Part shown: piece after piece, positions 16,993 through 26,752 of the stretch
How the letters are laid out: each line of letters opens with the position of its first letter
Position numbering within the stretch: the stretch's first letter is position 1
NCBI GenBank assembly: GCA_041183265.1
Contig: JBEGMC010000034.1
Span: forward strand, 80-64,079
Reading direction: 5' to 3'
Length of the DNA: 64,000 bases
Source of the DNA: Bacteroidota bacterium
Lineage (GTDB): Bacteria; Bacteroidota; Bacteroidia; Chitinophagales; Chitinophagaceae
Translations under genes and position numbers: made by a program
The notes under the pieces: model-generated
The model's database searches: none
Seen by the model: the letters and a program-made list of their open reading frames with translations, nothing else
What the model was told of the DNA's origin: nothing

Positions 16993-18495
16993 CTATGATG
17001 CCTTCTTCGAGTATACCCAGAGTCCGACGAATGTCATAATGCCATTGATCAACAGCATTTCAATTCCAATCTGATAGCCATTGAAAATTGTTGCAGCATT
17101 TTTCCCCAAGATGTAAGAGCATGCAGGAGCTGCCAAACATATGACGGTGACTCCATATCCTTTGTTGATGACTCTTTTTGTCAGGATGCCAAACGCAAAA
17201 AGTCCGAGCAACGGCCCATAGGTGTATCCAGCCAAGTCAAGGATCACACCGATGATGGATTTGTTATTGATCCACTTAAAAAGGAGTATGCACAACAGAA
17301 ATATGATTGCAAAACTGAGGTGTACAGACATTCTTGTCTTTTTTTGTTCCTGCTCGGTGAGATCTTTTCTTCTGTGAATGCCCAGGATGTCGATGCAAAA
17401 CGAGGAGGTTAATGCAGTGAGTGCACCATCTGCACTTGGGAAAAGAGCAGATATCAGGGCAATGATAAAGATGATACCAAGGGCTGGTGGCAAATGGAAA
17501 AGGGCAACGGTTGGAAACAAATCATCCCCAGAGATGTTCTTGTTTTCAAAAAGGAAACCGTTGGATGCATAGGCAGCACCTTTATCGATCATGAAGAGGT
17601 AGAGGAGTCCTCCGAGAACCAAAAAAAGCAAATTGACAATCACCAGTGTGCCTGTGAATGTAAGTATGTTTTTCTGTGAGTCTTGCATTCTTCTGACGCT
17701 GATGTTTTTTTGCATCATTTCCTGATCCATGCCGGTCATGGTGATGGCAATCACAGCGCCACCGATGATGTTCTTCAGGAAATAGGATTTGTGCAGGATG
17801 TTTGTATCCAAAATTTGGAGGTATTGGTGATCACTCATTCTTTGAAATGCATCGCCTATGCTGATGTTCATTTGCGAGAGAATGTATACAAGGCAGATGA
17901 TCAGTCCAAGGAGCATACAGGTGGTTTGCAGTGTATCGGTGTATACGATCGTTTTCACTCCTCCCTTCCATGTATACAATAAGATCATCATCAAAATGAT
18001 GGCAGTTGTCAGCACAAAAGGGACTCCCATTTGATCGAGTATAAATATCTGCAGTACATTGATGACCAGGAAAAGTCTTGCTGTCGCTCCAAAAAGTCTG
18101 GAGATGATAAAAAAGAGTGCACCTGTCTTGTAACTTTCTTTGCTCAACCTGATTTCAAGGTAATGGTAGATGGAGGTCAGATTGAGTTTGTAGTAGAGTG
18201 GCACCAATACAAAGGCAATCACCAGGTATCCAATGATGTATCCGAGAATGACCTGGAAATATCCAAAAGCACCGTATCCGCCATTTACCATATTGCCAAC
18301 TGTGCCGGGTACTGACACAAATGTTACCCCGGAAAGTGATGTTCCGATCATTCCAAATGCCACCAAGACCCAATTTGAATTCCGGTTTCCGATAAAAAAA
18401 GTTTCATTGGTTGCATTTCTGGATGTGTACGCGGCAACCCCGAGAAGGATCAGAAAATATCCGATCACAAAAGAAAAAAGTAGAATGGGCGACAT
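16993..18495 (-). CDS. sodium:solute symporter family transporter
   Basis: 500 aa from ATG 18495 (MSPILLFSF...). About 13 hydrophobic segments with SSF-like organisation. Confidence 0.85.
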   Translation of the reverse strand: MSPILLFSFVIGYFLILLGVAAYTSRNATNETFFIGNRNSNWVLVAFGMIGTSLSGVTFVSVPGTVGNMVNGGYGAFGYFQVILGYIIGYLVIAFVLVPLYYKLNLTSIYHYLEIRLSKESYKTGALFFIISRLFGATARLFLVINVLQIFILDQMGVPFVLTTAIILMMILLYTWKGGVKTIVYTDTLQTTCMLLGLIICLVYILSQMNISIGDAFQRMSDHQYLQILDTNILHKSYFLKNIIGGAVIAITMTGMDQEMMQKNISVRRMQDSQKNILTFTGTLVIVNLLFLVLGGLLYLFMIDKGAAYASNGFLFENKNISGDDLFPTVALFHLPPALGIIFIIALISALFPSADGALTALTSSFCIDILGIHRRKDLTEQEQKKTRMSVHLSFAIIFLLCILLFKWINNKSIIGVILDLAGYTYGPLLGLFAFGILTKRVINKGYGVTVICLAAPACSYILGKNAATIFNGYQIGIEMLLINGIMTFVGLWVYSKKAS

Positions 18496-18621
18496 TTTAC
18501 AACAATATGCCGGCAAGATAACGTAAAACTAAAATCCTTTTACTGCAGGGCAATCTGTCAAATACATTTTTTTCCTGTTTTTTTCTTTCAATTTCTTTCC
18601 CTGCTCTTCATCGAATACTCC

Positions 18622-18629
18622 TAATTTTG
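18622..18629 (+). promoter_or_regulatory. Bacteroidota -7 promoter box TAnnTTTG
   Basis: TAATTTTG, 6 nt upstream of recN GTG 18636. It contains the TTG that the ORF track used as the start. Confidence 0.45.
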
Positions 18630-18635
18630 ATACCT

Positions 18636-20291
18636 GTGCTAAGTCGACTTTACATAAAAAATTTTGCGATCATCCAAGAGCTGGAAATCCAATTTGAACG
18701 CGGATTGGTCATTATTACTGGTGAGACAGGAGCTGGTAAGAGTATACTCATGGGTGCATTGGGACTTGCATTGGGTGAAAGAGCAGATGCCTCCATGATG
18801 AAGGATAAACAAACCAAGTCCGTCGTCGAAGCTGAGTTCAAGGTCAAGCAACAAAAAGAACTGCTTGACTTCTTTGTTGCACACGACATGGATTGGGATG
18901 AAACAATTGTTGTTAGAAGAGAAATACTATCAACGGGAAAATCAAGGGCCTTCATCAATGATACACCAACTGCACTGGCACAGGTACAGCAATTGACTTC
19001 CCTCTTGGTGGATCTTCATCAGCAGTTTGATACACTTGAACTGAGCAATAAGCATTTCCAGCGCTTGATTTTGGATGCCCGTGCTGGATGTCTGGATGAA
19101 CTTACCAGGTATCAGGAAAAATACCAGCAATACAAACAAATTGAATCTGCTATTTTTTCAATCCAGGAAAACATACGAAAAGCAGAACAGGAAAGATCCT
19201 TCAAAGAGTTTTTGCTCAATGAATTGGATGAATTGAATTGGAAGGAACATGAGGAAAAGTCCATTGCCGATGAATTGAGTTTACTGACACATGCAGAGCA
19301 AATCAAACAGTCGGTTGGAGCTGCGAGTTATCTGCTTGAAGAGGGAGAAAAACCCGTGATTGCAGAAATCAAATCGCTGATTTCAAAATTGCAGTCACTC
19401 ACAAAATACCATGCTTCGTTGGAAGAGCTTGTAAGCAGGCTTGCATCCACACACATTGAGTTGAAAGACATTGCCAATGAATTGTCCGCCTTGTCCGATA
19501 AGGTCACAACAGATGACAAGCGGCTGGAAGAATTGAATGGGAGGATGTCGACCGCTCAACGTTTGGTCAAAAAGCACGGATTGCAATCACCCGATGAATT
19601 GATCCATGTTCATCAATCATTGCAACAGTCGCTTGCAGATTTTCAGGAGAATCAGTCCAATTTGGAACAGCTTCAAAAAGAGCATGCTGCATTGAGGAAA
19701 GAGTCCTTGGATATAGCCAGGCAGTTGCAGCAAAAAAGAATCAAACAAATTCCCCTCTTGGAAAAAGCAACCACCGCGTTGCTTTCCCGTGTTGGGATGC
19801 CCAATGCAATGTTTAAAGTAGGTATCAGCGAGACCGATTTATCGCAGCACGGCATTGATCAAATTGAATTTTTATTCGATGCCAATAAAAGCGGAAAATT
19901 TGAACCCCTGCACAAAGTTGCCAGTGGGGGTGAATTGAGTCGTTTGATGCTGACACTGAAGTCGCTTGTTGCCAAATCACTTGATATGCCAACGCTGATT
20001 TTTGATGAAATCGACAGTGGCATCAGTGGAGAGGCTGCCAAGCAGGTGGGCATATTGCTCGACGAATTATCGGAGAACCATCAATTGATCAGCATCACCC
20101 ATCAGCCGCAAATTGCTGCAAAGGCCGATCAGCATTTATTTGTTTACAAGTCAGCAATAAATAATTTGATCACTACCGGTATCAAGGTGCTCAGCGCAGA
20201 AGAGCGTGTTCAAGCCATCGCACAAATGCTTTCGGGTGAAAATCCAAGTCAGTATGCCATTGCCAATGCAAGAGAGATGATCAAAAGCTGA
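18636..20291 (+). CDS. recN: DNA repair protein RecN
   Basis: 551 aa from GTG 18636. The (M)LSRLYIKNFAIIQELEI N-terminus matches the canonical RecN N-terminus. Walker A GETGAGKS, coiled coil and signature SGGELSR. The track TTG start 18627 lies inside a TAATTTTG promoter box. Confidence 0.95.
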   Translation: MLSRLYIKNFAIIQELEIQFERGLVIITGETGAGKSILMGALGLALGERADASMMKDKQTKSVVEAEFKVKQQKELLDFFVAHDMDWDETIVVRREILSTGKSRAFINDTPTALAQVQQLTSLLVDLHQQFDTLELSNKHFQRLILDARAGCLDELTRYQEKYQQYKQIESAIFSIQENIRKAEQERSFKEFLLNELDELNWKEHEEKSIADELSLLTHAEQIKQSVGAASYLLEEGEKPVIAEIKSLISKLQSLTKYHASLEELVSRLASTHIELKDIANELSALSDKVTTDDKRLEELNGRMSTAQRLVKKHGLQSPDELIHVHQSLQQSLADFQENQSNLEQLQKEHAALRKESLDIARQLQQKRIKQIPLLEKATTALLSRVGMPNAMFKVGISETDLSQHGIDQIEFLFDANKSGKFEPLHKVASGGELSRLMLTLKSLVAKSLDMPTLIFDEIDSGISGEAAKQVGILLDELSENHQLISITHQPQIAAKADQHLFVYKSAINNLITTGIKVLSAEERVQAIAQMLSGENPSQYAIANAREMIKS

Positions 20292-20305
20292 TCATCCAAA
20301 CTTCT

Positions 20306-20313
20306 TATCTTTG
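20306..20313 (+). promoter_or_regulatory. Bacteroidota -7 promoter box TAnnTTTG
   Basis: TATCTTTG, 16 nt upstream of fabI ATG 20330. Confidence 0.4.
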
Positions 20314-20329
20314 ACCAAAATCCCACACC

Positions 20330-21142
20330 ATGTCCAATCAACTTTTGAAAGGTAAAAAAGGAATCATTTTTGGAGCGCTGGATGAAAAGTCCATTGCATG
20401 GAAGACTGCTTTGGCATGTCATGCCCAAGGAGCCCAGCTGGTGCTTACAAATGCTCCTGTTGCTTTGAGAATGGGAGAAATCAACAAATTGGCAGAGGCT
20501 GTCAATGCTCCAGTTATTGGTGCCGATGTTGTGAACATGGATGATTTGAAAAATCTTTTCACAGAATCCATGAAACACTTTGGAGGCGGGATAGATTTTG
20601 TGCTCCATTCAATAGGGATGAGTTTGAACGTAAGAAAGGGAAAGCATTATACCGAAATTGATTATGGATTTAATCAGAAGACACTTGATATTTCTGCCAT
20701 GTCGCTTCACCGTGTTTTGAGAACGGCATATGAGATGGATGCGCTGAATGAGTGGGGAAGTGTGGTTGCGCTGACATACATTGCCGCACAACGTGTGTTT
20801 CCGGATTACAATGAAATGGCTGATGCCAAGGCACTCTTGGAAAGCATCACGAGAAGTTTCGGTTATCATTATGGCATCAAAAAGAAGGTCCGCATCAATA
20901 CGATTTCTCAATCGCCCACCAGAACCACTGCCGGCAGCGGTGTAAAAGGTTTTGACGGATTCATTTCATATGCAGAGAAAATGAGTCCACTTGGAAATGC
21001 TTCCGGTGAAGACTGTGCCAATTATTGTGTAACCATGTTCTCGGATATGACAAAGATGGTCACCATGCAAAATCTTTTTCATGATGGGGGATTCTCTTTC
21101 ACCGGTGTTACCAATGCAGTGATTGAACAAATGGAAAAATAG
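20330..21142 (+). CDS. fabI: enoyl-[acyl-carrier-protein] reductase FabI
   Basis: 270 aa. FabI-type N-terminus LKGKKGIIFGALDEKSIAW and an SDR fold of FabI length. Confidence 0.9.
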   Translation: MSNQLLKGKKGIIFGALDEKSIAWKTALACHAQGAQLVLTNAPVALRMGEINKLAEAVNAPVIGADVVNMDDLKNLFTESMKHFGGGIDFVLHSIGMSLNVRKGKHYTEIDYGFNQKTLDISAMSLHRVLRTAYEMDALNEWGSVVALTYIAAQRVFPDYNEMADAKALLESITRSFGYHYGIKKKVRINTISQSPTRTTAGSGVKGFDGFISYAEKMSPLGNASGEDCANYCVTMFSDMTKMVTMQNLFHDGGFSFTGVTNAVIEQMEK

Positions 21143-21149
21143 ATTTGAG

Positions 21150-21407
21150 ATGGAATGGATTGATTACTTGGGACTCGTTGGCGTTGTATCAGGATCACTG
21201 ACTTTTGTTCCACAGGTATACAAGGCTTGGAAATCAAGATCAGTTGGGGATCTGTCGATGTGGATGATTTTGATTCTCATTGCCAATGTCAGCATTTGGT
21301 TGGTTTACGGCATTGTCAGAAATGATTTCCCCATGATCCTTGCTAATGCCGTCATCATGTCGCTCTCTCTGTTGATGTTGTATTTCAAGCTGACATTCAA
21401 AAAATAA
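21150..21407 (+). CDS. SemiSWEET / PQ-loop family transporter
   Basis: 85 aa from ATG 21150 (the track start 21123 is TTG inside fabI). Three TM helices and a PQ motif (TFVPQVYKAWKSRS). Confidence 0.72.
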   Translation: MEWIDYLGLVGVVSGSLTFVPQVYKAWKSRSVGDLSMWMILILIANVSIWLVYGIVRNDFPMILANAVIMSLSLLMLYFKLTFKK

Positions 21408-21427
21408 AAAAGACCACATCGTGGTCT
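21399..21427 (-). terminator. rho-independent terminator after the DUF2795 gene
   Basis: Minus strand reads AGACCAC-GAT-GTGGTCT followed by TTTTTTATTTTTT. The T-tract overlaps the 3' end of the convergent SemiSWEET gene. Confidence 0.6.
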
Positions 21428-21433
21428 CTCTGA

Positions 21434-21655
21434 TTAATATTCGTCTTCGTTGAAGAAAAAGTCCTCCTGGCTTGGATAGTCTGGCCAGATATCATCAATC
21501 CCCTCATATATATCTCCCTCGTCTTCAAGTTCCTGAAGATTTTCAATGACTTCGATCGGTGCGCCGCTTCGGATGGAATAATCGATCAACTCATCCTTTG
21601 TTGCAGGCCAAGGGGCATCTTCCAAATAGGAGGCCAATTCTAATGTCCAGAACAT
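21434..21655 (-). CDS. DUF2795 domain protein (small, acidic)
   Basis: 73 aa from ATG 21655. MFWTLELASYLEDAPWPATKDELIDY resembles DUF2795. The track TTG start 21679 lies inside the promoter box. Confidence 0.72.
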   Translation of the reverse strand: MFWTLELASYLEDAPWPATKDELIDYSIRSGAPIEVIENLQELEDEGDIYEGIDDIWPDYPSQEDFFFNEDEY

Positions 21656-21676
21656 ATGCGCTTCTTTAAATTTCGG

Positions 21677-21684
21677 CAAATGTA
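21677..21684 (-). promoter_or_regulatory. Bacteroidota -7 promoter box TAnnTTTG
   Basis: Minus strand reads TACATTTG, 21 nt upstream of the DUF2795 ATG 21655. Confidence 0.4.
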
Positions 21685-21767
21685 ACGGTTAATTTGATAT
21701 CTCCAACGCTTAAAATTTAAACAGAAATCAGTCCAATGAACTTAACTTCACGGCGATTTAACCTCCT

Positions 21768-22421
21768 ATGCTCAGCGCTAAAGATATTCAGAAGTCGTTC
21801 GGCTCCCTTCCCGTTTTGAGGGGAGTGGATATTGAGATTGCCAAAGGGGAAATTGTGAGCATTACAGGTTCTTCAGGTGCAGGAAAAACTACGCTTTTGC
21901 ACATTCTGGGAACATTGGAGAAAGCCGACGGGGGTGAATTGTATTTTGAAGGAGAGGCGCTGCATCGCCTCAACAGCAAACAGCTCGCTCATTTCAGAAA
22001 CCAACACATTGGATTTGTATTTCAATTTCATCATTTATTGCCTGAGTTCACAGCAGTTGAAAATGTTTCCATACCTGGTTGGATTGCCGGGAATGCCAAA
22101 AAACAGGTTTTGCATGATGCAACTGCTTTGCTCGATAGGTTGGGATTATCAGGTAAACTGCATTCCAAGCCGCATGAACTTTCTGGCGGGGAGCAGCAAC
22201 GGGTTGCCGTAGCAAGATCATTGATCAATAAACCCGGAATTGTATTTGCAGATGAACCAACGGGTAACCTCGATTCAGCCAATGCAAAATCGCTCCATCA
22301 GTTGTTCCAACAACTTCGGGATGAACTGCAACAAACTTTTGTCATTGTCACACACAACGAAGAACTCGCTGCACGCAGCAACCGTGTGCTTCATCTGAAA
22401 GATGGAAGGTGGACTGCCTGA
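21768..22421 (+). CDS. ABC transporter ATP-binding protein, LolD-like
   Basis: 217 aa. Walker A GSSGAGKTTLL, signature LSGGEQQRVAVAR and Walker B IVFADEPTGNLD. No permease gene is adjacent. Confidence 0.88.
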   Translation: MLSAKDIQKSFGSLPVLRGVDIEIAKGEIVSITGSSGAGKTTLLHILGTLEKADGGELYFEGEALHRLNSKQLAHFRNQHIGFVFQFHHLLPEFTAVENVSIPGWIAGNAKKQVLHDATALLDRLGLSGKLHSKPHELSGGEQQRVAVARSLINKPGIVFADEPTGNLDSANAKSLHQLFQQLRDELQQTFVIVTHNEELAARSNRVLHLKDGRWTA

Positions 22422-22982
22422 TCAAACACGGGGATGCCATTGCTGTTCTTCGGCATTCAGTTTCAGCGCAACATACCTGCTCAACACGAAAAGATAATCA
22501 CTCAGGCGATTGATGTATTTGACGATAAGGTTTTCATGTTCTTCATCCTGAAGAAGCAATTTTACAATCAGTCGTTCCGATCTTCTGCACACGCACCTTG
22601 CAACATGGATATTGGAAACGGTTGGATGGCCGCCGGGTAAAATGAAATACTGAAGTGGAGGAAGTTCTTCGTCAAGTGTATCTATTTCTTTTTCCAAAAA
22701 GAATACATCTGATTCCTTCAGATCAGGGATTTTCATTCTGGATTCCTTCTGAGGGTCGCATGCGAGGGAAGATCCAATGGTGAAAAGCCTGTCTTGTACT
22801 TCTTTGAGGGTTTGTTTGATTTCTTGTATGTCGATCAGGTCACGGCATAATCCGATGTAGGCGTTCAGCTCATCAATTGTTCCGTATGCCTCGATGCGCT
22901 CGTGTGATTTCAGCACCTTGGTGCCGCCTATCAAAGATGTTGTTCCTTTATCGCCTGTTTTTGTATATACTCTTGCTGCCAT
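22422..22982 (-). CDS. cob(I)yrinic acid a,c-diamide adenosyltransferase (PduO type)
   Basis: 186 aa from ATG 22982. N-terminal motif YTKTGDKGTTSL. The track TTG start 23000 lies inside the promoter box. Confidence 0.9.
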   Translation of the reverse strand: MAARVYTKTGDKGTTSLIGGTKVLKSHERIEAYGTIDELNAYIGLCRDLIDIQEIKQTLKEVQDRLFTIGSSLACDPQKESRMKIPDLKESDVFFLEKEIDTLDEELPPLQYFILPGGHPTVSNIHVARCVCRRSERLIVKLLLQDEEHENLIVKYINRLSDYLFVLSRYVALKLNAEEQQWHPRV

Positions 22983-22997
22983 GATCACGTTTGCTTT

Positions 22998-23005
22998 CAA
23001 ACATA
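22998..23005 (-). promoter_or_regulatory. Bacteroidota -7 promoter box TAnnTTTG
   Basis: Minus strand reads TATGTTTG, 15 nt upstream of the adenosyltransferase ATG 22982. Confidence 0.4.
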
Positions 23006-23014
23006 ATGTGATAT

Positions 23015-23049
23015 GGGGTCAATTGTTCGGGTAGGCCCCAACTTTTTTT
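23015..23049 (+). terminator. plus-strand-oriented hairpin + T-run with no adjacent plus-strand gene
   Basis: GGGGTC (23015-23020) pairs with GGCCCC (23034-23039), including one G-U pair. It is followed by AAC and TTTTTTT (23043-49). The nearest upstream plus-strand gene (LolD-like) ends at 22421. Confidence 0.3.
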
Positions 23050-23752
23050 ACACAAGTTCTGCGGTTTGTTTTCTTTTATCGCTTTCAATCAGTCCATCTC
23101 TTAAACGAATGACTCTTTTAGCATAATTGGAGATGTCTTCTTCGTGTGTAACCAAAACAACCGTATTGCCATCCTCATGAATTTTGGAGAAAATATTCAT
23201 GATTTCATAAGATGTCTTGGTGTCGACGTTTCCTGTTGGTTCATCTGCAAGGATGATCGAAGGGTTGTTTACAAGTGCACGGGCAATGGCAACCCGCTGG
23301 CATTGTCCGCCTGACAATTCATTGGGTTTGTGGTGACTTCTGTCGGCCAGGTCAACTTTTCTCAATACTTCCTCAGCCATCTCATTTCTGATTTTTTTGG
23401 GAATGCCCGCGTATACCAGAGGAAGAGCAACATTTTCCAGTGCACTCAATCGAGGCAAGAGGTTGAACTGTTGGAACACAAAACCAATTTCTTTGTTTCT
23501 GATTTCTGCCAGCTCGTTGTCGAGCATGGTGCTTACATCATGACCATTCAGTATGTATTTGCCGTCACTCGGTGAATCCAGGCATCCCAGGATATTCATC
23601 AATGTGCTTTTGCCTGAGCCTGATGGTCCCATCAAAGCCACATATTCGTTCTTCAAAATATCCAGTGTAACACCTTTCAATACTTGGAGCTCTTGTTTCC
23701 CCATGAAATAGCTTTTGCGGATATCTTCCAGCTTGATGACCGAATTGACCAT
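23048..23752 (-). CDS. ABC transporter ATP-binding protein, MacB/LolD-type NBD
   Basis: 234 aa. Motifs [26 protein letters not shown] and [11 protein letters not shown]. No permease gene is adjacent. Confidence 0.9.
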   Translation of the reverse strand: MVNSVIKLEDIRKSYFMGKQELQVLKGVTLDILKNEYVALMGPSGSGKSTLMNILGCLDSPSDGKYILNGHDVSTMLDNELAEIRNKEIGFVFQQFNLLPRLSALENVALPLVYAGIPKKIRNEMAEEVLRKVDLADRSHHKPNELSGGQCQRVAIARALVNNPSIILADEPTGNVDTKTSYEIMNIFSKIHEDGNTVVLVTHEEDISNYAKRVIRLRDGLIESDKRKQTAELV

Positions 23753-23754
23753 GT

Positions 23755-24045
23755 TTATTTTTTTATCACTTTAGGAACGGTGAAAAAACGATCTGTTGAA
23801 GCAGGTGCATTTTTCAGTGCAGTTGCAATGTCGATGGACCCCTTTACTTCATCTTCCCTCAAGGGCATGCCTCCTTCTGACACATGGGTAAGGGGTTCCA
23901 CATGTGCAGTATCTATTTCATTGAGTTTCTCAACAAAACCAATCATTTGTTCCAGATCACGCTGAATTTCATCCAACTCTTCGTTGTTGAACTCGAGTTT
24001 AGCCAGTTCAGCAAGTTTTTTGGTGGTTGAAGTGTCAAGTTTCAT
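23755..24045 (-). CDS. gatC: Asp-tRNA(Asn)/Glu-tRNA(Gln) amidotransferase subunit C
   Basis: 96 aa from ATG 24045. GatC pattern [42 protein letters not shown]. Confidence 0.85.
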   Translation of the reverse strand: MKLDTSTTKKLAELAKLEFNNEELDEIQRDLEQMIGFVEKLNEIDTAHVEPLTHVSEGGMPLREDEVKGSIDIATALKNAPASTDRFFTVPKVIKK

Positions 24046-24062
24046 GTGAATAGTTCTCGGTA

Positions 24063-24070
24063 CAAATTTA
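24063..24070 (-). promoter_or_regulatory. Bacteroidota -7 promoter box TAnnTTTG
   Basis: Minus strand reads TAAATTTG, 17 nt upstream of gatC ATG 24045. Confidence 0.4.
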
Positions 24071-24157
24071 GTCAATCTGTATCCAATCTATTTCAATATT
24101 TGATGAGCGGTAACGGTGGCTGGAGTTGGGGGATATTTTACCGTTGAGCACAATTCA

Positions 24158-24165
24158 TATATTTG
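24158..24165 (+). promoter_or_regulatory. Bacteroidota -7 promoter box TAnnTTTG
   Basis: TATATTTG, exactly 4 nt upstream of trpS ATG 24170. Confidence 0.5.
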
Positions 24166-24169
24166 CTCC

Positions 24170-25171
24170 ATGAGCAAGGAGCAAGCAATTGTAATGAGCG
24201 GAATCAGGCCCACGGGCTTTTTACATTTAGGCAATTATTTCGGTGCAATGAGAAACTATGTGAAGCTACAGGATCAGTATACCTGTTTTTTCATGGTGGC
24301 AGATCTTCATGCCCTCACCACCCATCCTGATACAAAAGAACTCAAAAATAATGTACATAGGGTGCTTGCTGAAAATATTGCCTGTGGAATTGATCCTGAT
24401 AAAGCTGCCTTGTATTGTCAAAGCCATGTCAGGGAAACATCTGAATTGTATCTCTATCTCAATATGCTTGCCTATCTCGGGGAGTTGGAAAAGACAACTA
24501 CTTTTAAAGAGAAAGCAAGAATGCAGCCGGATAATGTCAACGCGGGATTGTTGACTTACCCGGTTCTCCAGACAGCTGACATCATTTTGCATCGTGCAAC
24601 CTGGGTGCCTGTTGGCAAGGATCAGGAGCAACACCTGGAGATGGCAAGGAATTTTGTGAACCGATTCAATCATCGATACGGACAAGTTTTTCCAGAACCC
24701 ATGGCGTATAATTTTGGGGAAGACCTGGTGAAAGTTCCAAGTTTGGACGGAACAGGTAAGATGAGCAAGAGCGAAAATCAATTGGCTACCTTGTATCTGG
24801 CAGACGCAGATGAATTGATCAGGAAAAAAGTCATGAAGGCCAAAACAGACGGCGGTCCTTCAAGTCCCAACAGCGAAAAACCAGATTACATTGAAAACAT
24901 TTTTCAATTGATGCGCTTGGTGAGTTCAATGGATGTGATCCAACATTATGAGCATGCATACAATGATTGCAGCATTCGCTATGGAGACATGAAAAAGCAA
25001 TTGGCGGAAGACATGGTGCAGTTCATTGCTCCCATTCGTGAAAAAGCAGAAAGCATCCGCACCAACGAAACATATCTTCAGGAGATCATGGAAAAAGGAG
25101 CAGAAAAAGCAAGGAAAAGCGCTGCAGAAACCATGAAACTGGTCAGGGAAGCAATGGGACTTCAATATTGA
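24170..25171 (+). CDS. trpS: tryptophan--tRNA ligase
   Basis: 333 aa from ATG 24170, 4 nt below a TATATTTG box. HIGH-equivalent GFLHLGNYFGA and KMSKS. Confidence 0.95.
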   Translation: MSKEQAIVMSGIRPTGFLHLGNYFGAMRNYVKLQDQYTCFFMVADLHALTTHPDTKELKNNVHRVLAENIACGIDPDKAALYCQSHVRETSELYLYLNMLAYLGELEKTTTFKEKARMQPDNVNAGLLTYPVLQTADIILHRATWVPVGKDQEQHLEMARNFVNRFNHRYGQVFPEPMAYNFGEDLVKVPSLDGTGKMSKSENQLATLYLADADELIRKKVMKAKTDGGPSSPNSEKPDYIENIFQLMRLVSSMDVIQHYEHAYNDCSIRYGDMKKQLAEDMVQFIAPIREKAESIRTNETYLQEIMEKGAEKARKSAAETMKLVREAMGLQY

Positions 25172-25276
25172 TCGAATAATATCCACATCAATAAAAAAAA
25201 TTACATCCAAATCTTGGTATTTGAAAATGAATATGTACTTTGAACGCTGTTCAAAAAAGGGTTAGAATAAGTTACC

Positions 25277-25912
25277 ATGGCCAAAGCGAAGAAACCAAAA
25301 CACGTTGCTATAGCGGGAAATATAGGAGCAGGAAAAACAACGCTCACAGAACTGTTGAGTAAACATTACCGCTGGATACCTCAATTTGAAGATGTTGATC
25401 AAAATCCATATCTGTATGACTTTTACGAAGACATGCCGAGGTGGAGTTTCAATCTTCAAATCTATTTTTTGAACAGCCGCTTGAATCAGCTGATTGAAAT
25501 CAGCAAAGGAACCGAAACGGTCATTCAGGATAGAACCATCTATGAAGACGCATACATTTTTGCACCCAATCTTCATGAAATGGGACTCATGAGCAAAAGA
25601 GATTTTGAAAATTATTTTGACTTCTTTCAAAATCTTCGTCAGATGGTAAAACCCCCTGACTTGCTGGTTTATTTACAGGCATCTGTACCAACCCTGGTTG
25701 GACAAATTCAAAAACGGGGAAGGGAATACGAAGAAAACATTCGCCTCGATTACCTGAAAAGACTCAACGAGTTTTACAACAAATGGATTGAAGGGTACAA
25801 AGAGGGACCCTTGCTGGTAGTGAATGTTGATGAAAATAAGTTTGCTGAAAACGATGAAGATCTCGGTAAAATCATAGCCAAAATTGATGCCGAGTTGTAC
25901 GGCTTGTTTTAA
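25277..25912 (+). CDS. deoxynucleoside kinase
   Basis: 211 aa. P-loop IAGNIGAGKTTL, with dCK/dGK family length and layout. Confidence 0.88.
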   Translation: MAKAKKPKHVAIAGNIGAGKTTLTELLSKHYRWIPQFEDVDQNPYLYDFYEDMPRWSFNLQIYFLNSRLNQLIEISKGTETVIQDRTIYEDAYIFAPNLHEMGLMSKRDFENYFDFFQNLRQMVKPPDLLVYLQASVPTLVGQIQKRGREYEENIRLDYLKRLNEFYNKWIEGYKEGPLLVVNVDENKFAENDEDLGKIIAKIDAELYGLF

Positions 25913-26752
25913 TCAGTCTGCAAAAACCTCAAAGTTACTGTTCTGTGGAACCGGATGCAACGCTGCAGCCAGTTCAAGCAGTTTCCATACTGCTGCTCTA
26001 CCCTTGGATCCCAGTCCCAAGGAATAATCATTTACATACAGATCAATGTGCTGATGCATAACCGTTTCACTCATCGATTGTGCATGTTCCAGAACAAAGG
26101 GGGACAGTGTTGTGCGGTGGGAGAACGCATATTCGATGCTGCTTTTGATGACCCTGTTTATTTTTTTTAACAACGCTCCATCAAAATGCCGCTTGGCAAG
26201 AATTCCTCCGAGGGGAATGGGGAAACCGGTTTTAAGCTCCCATGCATCTCCCAAGTCCATCAGTTTTTTTAATCCTCTCTCTGCATAGGTAAATCTGTTC
26301 TCGTGGATGATGACACCTGCATCTGCTTCGCCGCGCAGCACAGCATCCTCTATGTGATGAAAAGGCATGAATACTTTCTTTTGGAATGCTGGATATGATA
26401 AATGGAACAACAAATGGGCTGTTGTATATGCTCCGGGCAAGGCAATGGTTGATGATGCCGGGTCAAGTTCAGAAATGTTGGTGTGATGAAGGGATATCAG
26501 CAATGGACCCACACCCAATCCCAAAGCGCCACCTGCATCCAGTACTTTGTAATGCACCAGCAGCCTGGCCAACGCACCATAGCTTACCTTGGTAATATCC
26601 AACTCACCGGTCAATGCCATTTTATTCAATGTCTCTACATCCTCCAGTCTGTATTCAAATTGCAACCCCTCTGTATCTATTTTTCCATGCAACATTGCAT
26701 CAAAAATAAATGTGTCATTTGGACAAGGAGATAAACCCAGACTCAGTTTCAT
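25913..26752 (-). CDS. mqnD: 1,4-dihydroxy-6-naphthoate synthase (futalosine pathway)
   Basis: 279 aa. N-terminus MKLSLGLSPCPNDTFIFDAMLHGKID is typical of MqnD. Overlaps mqnB by 4 nt. Confidence 0.85.
   Translation of the reverse strand: MKLSLGLSPCPNDTFIFDAMLHGKIDTEGLQFEYRLEDVETLNKMALTGELDITKVSYGALARLLVHYKVLDAGGALGLGVGPLLISLHHTNISELDPASSTIALPGAYTTAHLLFHLSYPAFQKKVFMPFHHIEDAVLRGEADAGVIIHENRFTYAERGLKKLMDLGDAWELKTGFPIPLGGILAKRHFDGALLKKINRVIKSSIEYAFSHRTTLSPFVLEHAQSMSETVMHQHIDLYVNDYSLGLGSKGRAAVWKLLELAAALHPVPQNSNFEVFAD

Noticed and set aside
24266-24781. 171-aa minus-strand ORF.
   Set aside because: Antisense to trpS, so a shadow ORF.
25240-25258. Hairpin TTGAAC-GCT-GTTCAA after trpS.
   Set aside because: The stem is only 6 bp and AT-rich, and an A-run follows it rather than a T-run. 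It is not convincing as a terminator on either strand.
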